A DNA stretch of 64,000 nucleotides from IMG/VR virus record IMGVR_UViG_3300045988_108377, positions 25,214 to 89,213 of that record; one strand, given 5' to 3'. Shown piece after piece: positions 6,966-15,392 of this stretch. How positions within the stretch are numbered: the stretch's first letter is position 1; each line of letters starts with the position of its first letter. A model generated the notes under the pieces. That model worked only from the letters and a program-made list of their open reading frames with translations. It was not told where the DNA came from and did no database searches. The position numbers and the translations under genes are program-made. The stretch comes from a virus.

Positions 6966-8588
6966 TTACTTCTGTGTCTTGAGCGTTTCGATGTATTTTT
7001 CCATTTCAGCTGTTTTCTTGGCGCATACATCCATCGCTTTTTGGGTAATCTCTCCAAGATCGTTCGGGAATTGCTTCTCCATTAACATGCCGAGCATTCC
7101 TGCCAAGTCATGTGAGTAACACACAGACCTCTCTGATAGAATCGCCTTGATAAACTCTCGTTTGATAGAATTGCGGTTCTTCTCGATGATAGCAACGTTC
7201 TTTTTGAATGAGGTTTCTGTGTTCTCCCATTCCATACCGATTTCTTTCTTGAAGGCCTGTGGAACAAACTTCATGAGGACAGCATGGAATATCTTTGTCT
7301 CGTCTGCTGACAATGGAGTGTTGAGTTTTGAGTACTCGCTCTTGGCTAAAGTCTCACGGTAGCCTTCGGTAATTTCCTGTCTGGCTTGCTCCTTGTAGCG
7401 TTGAATCATTGTCTTGCTCTCGCTAATTTTAGCCTTTTTGTCGATGGCAGTCTTTATCTCTTCTTCTGAGGCTCCTTTTGGTGCCATGAAAGAATACTTA
7501 ATTTCTCCAGAAAGTTTGCCACTGAAACATACCTCATAAACCTTTTCTGTTGTACCATCTGCCAAGTTGCTATCAAAGACCGCCTTTGCCTTGTCGTAGT
7601 TATCCTTGCGAACTCTGTAGTTTTCCTCATCAGAGAACTTTGTCTTGTCTGGCTCTACTAAAGGGTACACGTAGCTTCGCTTGGTATAATCCTTCAATTC
7701 GATACCGGCATCATGCGCTGCCTTGATGATGTCTTCGCAGCCGTCACCCTTGTAGATACATGGCAGACCGCTCCGCTTTGCCTCACGGAAGATGAACTCT
7801 TGGGTTTTCTTATTGAAACATGATGGGTTCATGCAGCGGTCACGGCCCTCGTTGTATTCCTCAGGCTTGTTCTTTGTGTTGAGAGGACAGCCCTCACAGT
7901 TCTTGCCACATGAGAAACTTTCGTCGAGCAACGAAAAACGTGCAGTATCAAGATACTTCATCACGCACTCATCAATCCATTCGTGAAGTACGTCCATAGG
8001 AAGAATCTTTCTCGTCCAACGTTCAATACACTCTGGTGTGAACTTCTCCATGTAGAGGGTTTCTTGTTGTCCCTTTGTGAGCTTGCAAATATCCAGAAGG
8101 TGGACAAGGTAAAGCGTTCCATTTCGCATCAGGTCAATATAACCTTGTGTGATGTTAGAGAGATTGATTCGGCTGATAACGTATGAGGAAGACTTACCAA
8201 GCATTTTGGCAATTTCCTTCACCTTCATGGTTTTGTCTTTCGTGAGCTTCGAGAATGCGGCTGCTTCCTCAATAGGGTCTACGTCTTTTCGTTGTAAGTT
8301 CTCGATAATCATGGCTGCAAACGCTTGCTTGTCGTCGAGATCCGTGCGCACGATGGCTTGAATTTCTTCCATTCCTGCGAGCAATGATGCTCGGTATCTG
8401 CGCTCTCCGCATACGATTTCATATTTCTTACCACTCTCTTTTGGAGCCTTACGGATGGTGATAGGCTGTATCAGACCGTTCTCCTTGATGTTATCAGCTA
8501 ATTCCTTAAGGCTTTCCTGGTCGAAAGTCTTACGTGGGTTCAACGAACTTGGGCAAATGTCTGCCAACGAAATAGTCTTTACTTGCAT
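6966..8588 (-). CDS. parB: ParB/Spo0J-family protein with long C-terminal extension
   Basis: 540 aa. LNPRKTFDQESLKELADNIKENGLIQPITIRK, IVCGERRYRASLLAG (GERRxRA box II), IIENLQRKDV, HTH VKEIAKMLGKSSSYVISRI. Cys cluster CGKNCEGCP...RCMNPSC. No parA seen. Confidence 0.85.
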   Translation of the reverse strand: MQVKTISLADICPSSLNPRKTFDQESLKELADNIKENGLIQPITIRKAPKESGKKYEIVCGERRYRASLLAGMEEIQAIVRTDLDDKQAFAAMIIENLQRKDVDPIEEAAAFSKLTKDKTMKVKEIAKMLGKSSSYVISRINLSNITQGYIDLMRNGTLYLVHLLDICKLTKGQQETLYMEKFTPECIERWTRKILPMDVLHEWIDECVMKYLDTARFSLLDESFSCGKNCEGCPLNTKNKPEEYNEGRDRCMNPSCFNKKTQEFIFREAKRSGLPCIYKGDGCEDIIKAAHDAGIELKDYTKRSYVYPLVEPDKTKFSDEENYRVRKDNYDKAKAVFDSNLADGTTEKVYEVCFSGKLSGEIKYSFMAPKGASEEEIKTAIDKKAKISESKTMIQRYKEQARQEITEGYRETLAKSEYSKLNTPLSADETKIFHAVLMKFVPQAFKKEIGMEWENTETSFKKNVAIIEKNRNSIKREFIKAILSERSVCYSHDLAGMLGMLMEKQFPNDLGEITQKAMDVCAKKTAEMEKYIETLKTQK

Positions 8589-8705
8589 AATCTTTTGAAT
8601 TTAAAAGTGAATGTTTATTTATTATTTGCACTACAAAGATACAAAGTATTTATCAAATACGCAAACTTTTTGGCATTTATTTTATACTATATGAATGTTT
8701 TTTTG
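8589..8705 (-). promoter_or_regulatory. Early promoter+leader cassette, copy C
   Basis: -7 box complement 8634-8641 (TATCTTTG). Confidence 0.7.
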
Positions 8706-8749
8706 TCTCTGATTTATAGTTATATATTTGTATTAGTTAAAGTCTTTCT

Positions 8750-9376
8750 TTAGTCTATCCAGCTCAGAACTTTCTTTTGAGCTTCGTCTTTCCATGAGTT
8801 GAATACATAGTCGTTGATGAAATTCTCGTAGGAAAATACCGTACACGTATCATCAAACTCGGAGACAAAATCTATATCCTTCTCGTTATATTCCATTGGC
8901 ATGATTATCCCCTTGAATTTCTCACCATCTACCAGTACAGATTTCAATCTGTCATAGAAAGAAAAGGTCTGCTCCTTTCCAAAGAGTGAAACCGTTTTTA
9001 GAAAACGTAGCAATGTGTTTACGTTCAGTCCGACACCACATATAACAACCCGGTCTATATCCAAAGCTGATGGTTTCTTGCAGTGCCATATACAAGCGTT
9101 CTTCAACTGCTCTACGTCAATCTGTATTTCTGTATGTTTGGCATTCTCGGATGGTAACACAGAATCGACATTAGGGTATTTTCCGTCTTGTTCAGTTCCT
9201 TCTAAAAGAATTGTCTTTCCTGCTAAACGAACGCTACCTTCGTTATAGATAATCAGCAAGTGCCCATCACAAGCGTAGCAACGTTCTTCCTCAAAGTGTA
9301 TGCCGTTCATGATTGGTTTCAACTCGTTTTTAGCACAGATATTGTCATACATAGACTTAATAATCTTTTTATCCAT
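8750..9376 (-). CDS. Hypothetical protein, weak beta-clamp (DnaN)-like resemblance
   Basis: 208 aa. CYACDGHLLI, GKYPNVDSVLP..., IQIDVEQLKNAC, KGIIMPM resemble DnaN strings (TDGHRLA, FPdY..viP, ylimPm). About half the length of a real clamp. Confidence 0.55.
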   Translation of the reverse strand: MDKKIIKSMYDNICAKNELKPIMNGIHFEEERCYACDGHLLIIYNEGSVRLAGKTILLEGTEQDGKYPNVDSVLPSENAKHTEIQIDVEQLKNACIWHCKKPSALDIDRVVICGVGLNVNTLLRFLKTVSLFGKEQTFSFYDRLKSVLVDGEKFKGIIMPMEYNEKDIDFVSEFDDTCTVFSYENFINDYVFNSWKDEAQKKVLSWID

Positions 9377-9381
9377 ATCTA

Positions 9382-9633
9382 CTAAATTTTTTGTTTATAA
9401 CAATGAATCGCTTTAATACTATCCGTGTCAATGAAAGTTCCTCCTTCTTTTTTCTTGACAATGATTGCTTCTAAATCTGGGTCATAACTAAACCCTTCGT
9501 TACAATAAGGTCTTATCTCTGTTGAATTCCCCATCCCGCCAGTTCCGTTAATGGTAATAACAATTCTATCGTTGAACTTTGCGCACAACTTAACTGCGTA
9601 TTCTATAGCTTGTCTTACTAACTTTGGATTCAT
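9382..9633 (-). CDS. Hypothetical protein
   Basis: 83 aa ORF. Confidence 0.55.
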   Translation of the reverse strand: MNPKLVRQAIEYAVKLCAKFNDRIVITINGTGGMGNSTEIRPYCNEGFSYDPDLEAIIVKKKEGGTFIDTDSIKAIHCYKQKI

Positions 9634-9645
9634 ATTCTTTAAAAC

Positions 9646-9921
9646 TTAATATGCGTATTGTGTCTGCATGAACACTCTCATTAACTCATCTTGCTCTTCA
9701 AAGTAGCAATACATGTCATAATTTGATATTGCATCATCTACACCAGAAGCCTCTGAATCTATCAAGGCATATTTCTTTTCAAGCTTTTCTACTGCCTCCC
9801 AAGTCTCCTTGCAAGGATGCTCCTTCAAATCATGCTCAGCCCCCTGTAAGTCTTGGTTCAGCAACTCCATTGCTTTCTGCAACTCAATCTTTCTTTTCTT
9901 TAAATAACTTAATGGTCTCAT
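9646..9921 (-). CDS. Hypothetical early protein
   Basis: 91 aa. ATG abuts cassette copy D. Confidence 0.65.
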   Translation of the reverse strand: MRPLSYLKKRKIELQKAMELLNQDLQGAEHDLKEHPCKETWEAVEKLEKKYALIDSEASGVDDAISNYDMYCYFEEQDELMRVFMQTQYAY

Positions 9922-10033
9922 AATCTGTGAATTTAAAGTGAATGTTTATCTTATTATTTACATTACAAAGTTAAGCATTTTTCATCAAATACGCAAATAT
10001 TTGAGCAATTATTTTTATCAGATATGAAAGATT
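9922..10033 (-). promoter_or_regulatory. Early promoter+leader cassette, copy D
   Basis: -7 box complement 9966-9973 (TAACTTTG). Confidence 0.65.
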
Positions 10034-10159
10034 TTACGACTCTTCTTGCCAGTCTTCACAGCCTTCGTTGCGGTCAACTTCTTTTTGATGGTGCTCGCAG
10101 TACCATCTATGGTAACCGCAAGCGCTCATGTTGTTACAATAATAGCAAATCTTTTCCAT
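10034..10159 (-). CDS. Cys-rich microprotein (41 aa)
   Basis: Own translation MEKICYYCNNMSACGYHRWYCEHHQKEVDRNEGCEDWQEES. TAATG stop/start overlap with 10159-10647. Confidence 0.45.
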   Translation of the reverse strand: MEKICYYCNNMSACGYHRWYCEHHQKEVDRNEGCEDWQEES

Positions 10160-10647
10160 TATTTCAAAACAACTAAACGATACCCTTCTCTCTTTGCCTC
10201 AGAACCTAAAATGATATTCATTTCCTTCTGTGACACATAAACAGTTATTCTTCCATACTCATCTACGAACTCATGATAGGTGTCGCAAAGGGTCTTGGCT
10301 ATTTGCGAATCCTGGAAGTAGAAGAAAAGAAGATCACCTTTCTTCTCGCAAACAAGCGGCTCATCCCATTCGTTCTCCTTGATGTGAGCATTTCCGTAGC
10401 GAACGAGGAAATCTGCCATGTTGAATGCCGTGGCTCCTTTGCTGATAGCTGCATAAAGGAACATACCTTTTGATTCTTCCTTGTCTTGTTTGCAGCAGTC
10501 TGCCTTTACGATAAGACTACAATTGCCTGCCCAATTAGACCAGCCAACTACATAGTTGTAGAATGTACTACCATCCATCATCTTTTTGATGTTCTTACAA
10601 TCTTTCTCACTGAAGTTTCCGAGCTTTTCAAAATACAATTCTTCCAT
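10159..10647 (-). CDS. Hypothetical protein
   Basis: 162 aa ORF. Confidence 0.65.
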   Translation of the reverse strand: MEELYFEKLGNFSEKDCKNIKKMMDGSTFYNYVVGWSNWAGNCSLIVKADCCKQDKEESKGMFLYAAISKGATAFNMADFLVRYGNAHIKENEWDEPLVCEKKGDLLFFYFQDSQIAKTLCDTYHEFVDEYGRITVYVSQKEMNIILGSEAKREGYRLVVLK

Positions 10648-10654
10648 GATTCTA

Positions 10655-11071
10655 TTATTTAAATTCGTGACTATTACAATTATCTATATCATTCATGGAT
10701 ACTCTGAGTAGCTCACAATACCCAGGCTCATCGCCAAAGAGACAGTTGCCACATCTTTTCGTAATTACACCGGCTTCAACTTCCATCTTAAAGTAATCTC
10801 TCCTTGTAATGTGATGTTTACCTGCCTCTTTCAGAACAGTCAAAGCAAACTCTTCGTTCGCTACTTCCAAGGCTTTTAGGGTGTTGAGGTCAACGTTGCA
10901 ATTCTCGTCTGCTACACAAAGAGGAATATACCCCTCATGAGGGAAGTTTGTGCGACCGATATTCCAAACGATGTAGCCATAAGGAAAGTCTGGTACAATC
11001 TCAAAGGTATGGATGGTTCCCCATCCGTTGTCATCTACGAATTTTTCCATATCAAGTGATATTGTGTTCAT
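10655..11071 (-). CDS. Hypothetical early protein, Cys-rich C-terminus
   Basis: 138 aa. ATG abuts cassette copy E. RCGNCLFGDEPGYCE...NCNSH. Confidence 0.65.
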   Translation of the reverse strand: MNTISLDMEKFVDDNGWGTIHTFEIVPDFPYGYIVWNIGRTNFPHEGYIPLCVADENCNVDLNTLKALEVANEEFALTVLKEAGKHHITRRDYFKMEVEAGVITKRCGNCLFGDEPGYCELLRVSMNDIDNCNSHEFK

Positions 11072-11195
11072 AATCTTTAATGTTTAAAAGTGAATGTTAT
11101 GTTTATTATTTACAATACAAAGATACAAACAATTTATCAAATATGCAAGTTTTTAGGTGTATTTTTTTATCAAAAATGAAAGTTTTTTTTTCAAG
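11072..11195 (-). promoter_or_regulatory. Early promoter+leader cassette, copy E
   Basis: -7 box complement 11118-11125. Confidence 0.7.
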
Positions 11196-11200
11196 AAAAA

Positions 11201-11222
11201 GGGTGAGCCTTCCGACCCACCC
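11201..11222 (-). terminator. Intrinsic terminator
   Basis: GGGTGAG / CCCACCC stem (one mismatch), followed on the minus strand by TTTTTCTTG. Confidence 0.5.
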
Positions 11223-11269
11223 AAAGTTAAATAAAACAATCTTACTTATAGCTAACAATATTCAATTTC

Positions 11270-11404
11270 CTAACAGAAAATCCACATAGCCACCAAAGTC
11301 AACACCAATCCTGCACAGGAAAGCAATGCGCCTTTTGCTGCTTCCTTTATTTCTTCTTTACCCCAATTCAAGGGATTCATCATATTTTTTTCTTCTGTCT
11401 TCAT
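11270..11404 (-). CDS. Small membrane protein (44 aa)
   Basis: Own codon-by-codon translation MKTEEKNMMNPLNWGKEEIKEAAKGALLSCAGLVLTLVAMWIFC. AGGAGGAA lies 4 nt upstream of the ATG. One TM helix. Confidence 0.45.
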   Translation of the reverse strand: MKTEEKNMMNPLNWGKEEIKEAAKGALLSCAGLVLTLVAMWIFC

Positions 11405-11415
11405 ACCGGTTCCTC

Positions 11416-11793
11416 CTATATTTCAAGCCCCTTAATCTTTTCCATGAAACGGGCATTGTCTTTTTCAGCCCATTTGTTTTCAACACGATAGATGATTTTA
11501 CCAATATCTGTGCCGTTCCCTCCGTTATCCCATGTGGTATAACGATACTCCAAACTTACTATAAAATCAACGGAATCTTCTTTTTCGTTGACAACCGACT
11601 TGACAATACCTTCTATATGAATATTCTTAAATATCATAGGCTGCATAAAGAAGTTGCTGCCTGTAATCTTGATGTATTCCTCGTTTCTGTAATCTTTAGC
11701 TACTCCGAGGGTAAACTGGCAATTAACACCAAGTCTAAGCATTTTAGACTGAACATCATTTACGATAGCGTTTAAAATATTCTGATACTTCAT
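11416..11793 (-). CDS. Hypothetical protein (start corrected)
   Basis: Track ORF 11416-11877 reads through a short leader cassette. The ATG at 11791-11793 (MKYQNILNAIV...) sits in the canonical cataatctt context. Confidence 0.65.
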   Translation of the reverse strand: MKYQNILNAIVNDVQSKMLRLGVNCQFTLGVAKDYRNEEYIKITGSNFFMQPMIFKNIHIEGIVKSVVNEKEDSVDFIVSLEYRYTTWDNGGNGTDIGKIIYRVENKWAEKDNARFMEKIKGLEI

Positions 11794-11840
11794 AATCTTT
11801 GAATTTAAAAATGATTTATTATTTGCTTTTTTCTCTTGTT
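11794..11840 (-). repeat. Short-form (promoter-less) leader cassette
   Basis: cataatctttgaatttaaaaatgatttattatttgc, between two cistrons. Confidence 0.5.
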
Positions 11841-12002
11841 TTAGATTTCTACCATCATGCCGTTCTCGTATTTGCAAACAACGAAAGCGTCTGTATTGTT
11901 TACCTTGTTACACTTTGCAGCAAGTTTATTAATTTTTGCTTTGTCAGCTAAGCCTTTTACAGGCTTACTGCTTCCTTTTTTTACTACATAAAACATTTCC
12001 AT
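11841..12002 (-). CDS. Hypothetical small early protein (53 aa)
   Basis: Own translation MEMFYVVKKGSSKPVKGLADKAKINKLAAKCNKVNNTDAFVVCKYENGMMVEI. ATG abuts cassette copy F. Confidence 0.5.
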   Translation of the reverse strand: MEMFYVVKKGSSKPVKGLADKAKINKLAAKCNKVNNTDAFVVCKYENGMMVEI

Positions 12003-12115
12003 AATCTTGAAAGTTTAAAGTATTATTGTTTATTATTTACAATACAAAGATACAAACAATTTATCAAATACGCAAGTTTTTAAGCAATTATTTTATCAAA
12101 ATTTGAAGTTTTTAC
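12003..12115 (-). promoter_or_regulatory. Early promoter+leader cassette, copy F
   Basis: -7 box complement 12045-12052. Confidence 0.7.
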
Positions 12116-12123
12116 ATAAGAAA

Positions 12124-12155
12124 ATACCCTCGTCCAATCATTTTGGCGAGGGTAT
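12124..12155 (-). terminator. Intrinsic terminator ending the lysis/SAM-cycle unit
   Basis: ATACCCTCG / CGAGGGTAT, a 9-bp stem, followed on the minus strand by TTTTCTTATG. Confidence 0.65.
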
Positions 12156-12184
12156 ATTACAAAACCTTAAAACTATGGAACATT

Positions 12185-12928
12185 TTATTTCAGGCTTTGC
12201 CTTCGATACTTACTGAATACCCAACGAGCTAAAACGCTCGCCAGTATGACAAGTGCAATCCCTAAAAAGGTGAGAGCGATGTAAAGTGTCTGCTTGGATT
12301 CGGACACGGATTGTTTCTTGTCGGTTGAACGTTTTGTTTCTTTTCTCTTGTTCGTGGTCGCAGACGATGAGCTTTCGGAATTTGTATTGTTTTCCTCTTT
12401 CTCGTTGGCAACCACTGTTGAAGCTTTATTTGTCATTTCCTTTTGCGCAGACGATGTTGAGGCTCCACGCTTCTCTATCTTCGTCTGCCTGATGGTCTTA
12501 CTTACCTTTGGCTTGGCATCCTTGGCAGTATCGCTTGTGTCGTAGATGGTTGTTTCAGTAATAGTGACGGTCTCACTATTCTCTGAAGACTCATTCTTTT
12601 GCTCTGTGGTCGTGCTGACGGAATCGGTTGCGGACTTAGCCTTGTCTGACGATGTGGTGGAGTTAGTTTGCTCCGACGTATCTATTTGGGTCTGTTCCGT
12701 CTCGTTCTCGTTGACCTGCTCTGAGGACATTTGCTTGCTACTTCCACAAGATACAAGAATGATGATTGTGAACCATGCTATGCAGGAAAGCACAAATACG
12801 GATAGCACACCATGGTAACCTCCAAGAAAGCTCATAATGTTATGCGTTCCGAAACGTGATGCTCCGGACTCCTGGCTACTTCGCTCCATACGTAGGGCTT
12901 TGAATAACTTGTTTATGACTTTTTCCAT
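12185..12928 (-). CDS. Ser/Thr/Asn/Glu-rich membrane or lipoprotein-like protein
   Basis: 247 aa. N-terminal hydrophobic stretch ending in the lipobox-like LVSCGSS. ~150-aa low-complexity S/T/E/N/K region. C-terminal TM LYIALTFLGIALVILASVLA. Confidence 0.65.
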   Translation of the reverse strand: MEKVINKLFKALRMERSSQESGASRFGTHNIMSFLGGYHGVLSVFVLSCIAWFTIIILVSCGSSKQMSSEQVNENETEQTQIDTSEQTNSTTSSDKAKSATDSVSTTTEQKNESSENSETVTITETTIYDTSDTAKDAKPKVSKTIRQTKIEKRGASTSSAQKEMTNKASTVVANEKEENNTNSESSSSATTNKRKETKRSTDKKQSVSESKQTLYIALTFLGIALVILASVLARWVFSKYRRQSLK

Positions 12929-12939
12929 GATGATGTAAT

Positions 12940-13416
12940 TTAATATGGGTAACTCAAATTCTCTGCCTTGATGTCAGACAGAAAGTCCACAAACTCGTTT
13001 GCTGTTGACTTCGCTTGCTTTAGATCGTGTAAGGAATAGTTGCCACATTCCTTTGGTGAACTGCCTGGTATCACACCTTCATAGTCAGCAATGACTATGA
13101 ACATATCCCTAATAAGGTCTATCACTTGCAAACTATCGTAGTCGCCATTGAGAATGAGGTAGAAACCTGTGAGGCATCCCATAGGTCCGAAATAAACGAC
13201 CTTATCCTTCCATTTGCTGTCGTTGCGTAGGATTGTCGCTCCGATGTGTTCGATGGTGTGAGCGCACTCTGGAGTTAACATGTCGTAGTTCGGCTTCTTG
13301 ATACGAATATCAATAGTTGTGATGGTCTCACCCATGGAAGTAACATCTTTGCGAGAAACATAGATTCCACGGTCTAACTTCGTGTGGTCCACTTTAAAAC
13401 TTGCAATTTTACTCAT
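12940..13416 (-). CDS. luxS: S-ribosylhomocysteine lyase LuxS
   Basis: 158 aa. SFKVDHTKL, HTIEHI (metal His pair), GPMGCLTGFYL, ECGNYSLHDLKQAK match B. subtilis LuxS strings. ATGA overlap with mtnN. Confidence 0.9.
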   Translation of the reverse strand: MSKIASFKVDHTKLDRGIYVSRKDVTSMGETITTIDIRIKKPNYDMLTPECAHTIEHIGATILRNDSKWKDKVVYFGPMGCLTGFYLILNGDYDSLQVIDLIRDMFIVIADYEGVIPGSSPKECGNYSLHDLKQAKSTANEFVDFLSDIKAENLSYPY

Positions 13417-14105
13417 ACCAATTCCTCCAAGATTTTCTTTGTTTTGTCAAACGACCATTTTGCTACGTATTTCCAAAAATTCTCATATTGCTCTTCTTCA
13501 CAATTATCACTTATGATTCTGATGGCCACGAACGGAACCTTATAGCGGTAGCAGGTCTGTGCGATACTGCAACTCTCCATGTCTACAACGGAAGCCAATG
13601 GATATGTTGCTTTAAGTTTAGCCTTTATTACCGGGTCGACAATGAACTGGTCGCCACTGATAACACCAGCTATTCTTATGTTGTGTCCGAGTATTTTTCC
13701 AATACGAGCACATAAGTCACCTTCGGTGTTGATGCCAACCTCCAAAGGTGTGAATGTGCTTGGCATTCCTTGTACTTGTCCCTTGACAAGTTCTTTTCCA
13801 CAGAACACATCATGATAATGATACCATACACCCATGATAGTCTCACCCGAATGTAATTCTTCGTCCAGTGAGCCTGCTACTCCGGTAGATAGTATAAAGT
13901 CTGGTTCGTAGAGGGTAATCATTTCAGCAGCTCCCAAAGCAGAGTTGACCTTGCCTATTCCGCACTGCTGTATGACCACTTCATTCTTGCCGACATTACC
14001 GATCAAATAGTCAAATACTCTGCCATGTTCGGCTTGTCCTTCTGAAATGAATCCTTTTAGCAGCTCCATTTCCTTAGACATAGCTACTAATATTCCTATC
14101 TTCAT
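13413..14105 (-). CDS. mtnN: 5'-methylthioadenosine/S-adenosylhomocysteine nucleosidase (MtnN/Pfs)
   Basis: 230 aa. GIGKVNSALGAAEMI, STGVAGSL, VVDMESCSIAQ, VAIRIISD. ATGA overlap with metK. Confidence 0.88.
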   Translation of the reverse strand: MKIGILVAMSKEMELLKGFISEGQAEHGRVFDYLIGNVGKNEVVIQQCGIGKVNSALGAAEMITLYEPDFILSTGVAGSLDEELHSGETIMGVWYHYHDVFCGKELVKGQVQGMPSTFTPLEVGINTEGDLCARIGKILGHNIRIAGVISGDQFIVDPVIKAKLKATYPLASVVDMESCSIAQTCYRYKVPFVAIRIISDNCEEEQYENFWKYVAKWSFDKTKKILEELV

Positions 14106-15379
14106 AAGCCAAAAGCCTCTTTGATGTAATCAACAGAATCAAGCTTTTCCCATGTAAAAAGCTCAACTTCAATACTATGACCTTCGATTTTCTTGCGTTT
14201 CTTGCAAGGAATTCTGCCCATGTGCCCATAAGCAGCAGTTTCTTCATAGATAGGCTGATTAAGTTTCAACTTCTCAACGATTGCTCTTGGACGCATGTCG
14301 AAATTAGAAGCAATCCATTCTGTAACACCTTCGTCAGTCATTTCTACGTGTGAAGTACCATAGGTGTCAACACAGATACTTACTGGCTCTGCCATACCGA
14401 TAGCGTAGGAAATCTGAATGAGCATCTTATCGGAAACACCTGCAGCAACCATATTCTTCGCGATATAGCGAGCCATATAGGCTGCTGAACGGTCTACCTT
14501 ACTGCTATCTTTACCTGAGAAGGCACCTCCTCCATGCGCTCCAGCACCTCCGTATGTATCTACGATAATCTTACGACCTGTGAGACCTGTATCTCCATGA
14601 GGACCACCAATTACGAACTTGCCAGTCGGATTCACAAGCAACTTGAATCCCTTGTCAAACATCTTGACAACATTGTCGTCAGCAATCTGTTCCTTAACTT
14701 CTTGAAGAACGTAGTTCTCAACATCGTATGCTATCTGTTTCTGCATTTCTGCATCGGCTTCATCTTGCGACATCGTTTTCGATGGCTTGATAAAGTCCTC
14801 GTGCTGAGTTGAGACAACAATGGTGTCAATGCCGAAAGGTTTGCTGTCTTTGTATTCGACGGTTACTTGACTCTTCGAATCCGGACGCAAATATTTCATG
14901 CCACGCCCATTCTTTCTAATGAAAGCAAGTTCCTTGACAATCTTTGTGGCGATGTAGTGGGAGAGAGGCATGAATGTTTCAGTCTCGTTGGTTGCGTAAC
15001 CGAACATCATACCCTGGTCGCCGGCACCTTGCTCATCTTTTGACTGCCGGATAACACCCCTGTCGATGTCTGCGCTCTGCTCATGCAAAAGATTGATGAT
15101 ACTACAACTCTCGAAGTCAAAGTTGTCACCATATTCCGTGTAGCCAATGCGCTTGATGGTCTTACGTACAACCTTAGACACATCTACATGAGCGGTTGAT
15201 TTTACCTCACCAGCGAGAACTACCTGGTTGGTAGTAACCAAAGTTTCGCAAGCTACATGAGCATCAGCATCCTTTGCTATATAAGCGTCAAGAATAGCAT
15301 CGGAAATCTGGTCTGCAACCTTGTCAGGGTGTCCTTCTGATACGGATTCTGATGTAAAAAGTTTCTTTTCTTCTATCAT
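14102..15379 (-). CDS. metK: S-adenosylmethionine synthetase MetK
   Basis: 425 aa. FTSESVSEGHPDKVADQISDAILDA, GAGDQGMMFGYA, GGGAFSGKD. Confidence 0.95.
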   Translation of the reverse strand: MIEEKKLFTSESVSEGHPDKVADQISDAILDAYIAKDADAHVACETLVTTNQVVLAGEVKSTAHVDVSKVVRKTIKRIGYTEYGDNFDFESCSIINLLHEQSADIDRGVIRQSKDEQGAGDQGMMFGYATNETETFMPLSHYIATKIVKELAFIRKNGRGMKYLRPDSKSQVTVEYKDSKPFGIDTIVVSTQHEDFIKPSKTMSQDEADAEMQKQIAYDVENYVLQEVKEQIADDNVVKMFDKGFKLLVNPTGKFVIGGPHGDTGLTGRKIIVDTYGGAGAHGGGAFSGKDSSKVDRSAAYMARYIAKNMVAAGVSDKMLIQISYAIGMAEPVSICVDTYGTSHVEMTDEGVTEWIASNFDMRPRAIVEKLKLNQPIYEETAAYGHMGRIPCKKRKKIEGHSIEVELFTWEKLDSVDYIKEAFGL

Positions 15380-15392
15380 AATATACTGATTT

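Noticed and set aside
12940-15379. MetK/MtnN/LuxS as host chromosome flanking a prophage end.
   Set aside because: They are ATGA-coupled to each other. They sit 13 nt downstream of the endolysin gene inside one promoter-terminator unit. Phage early cassettes and genes follow on the far side.
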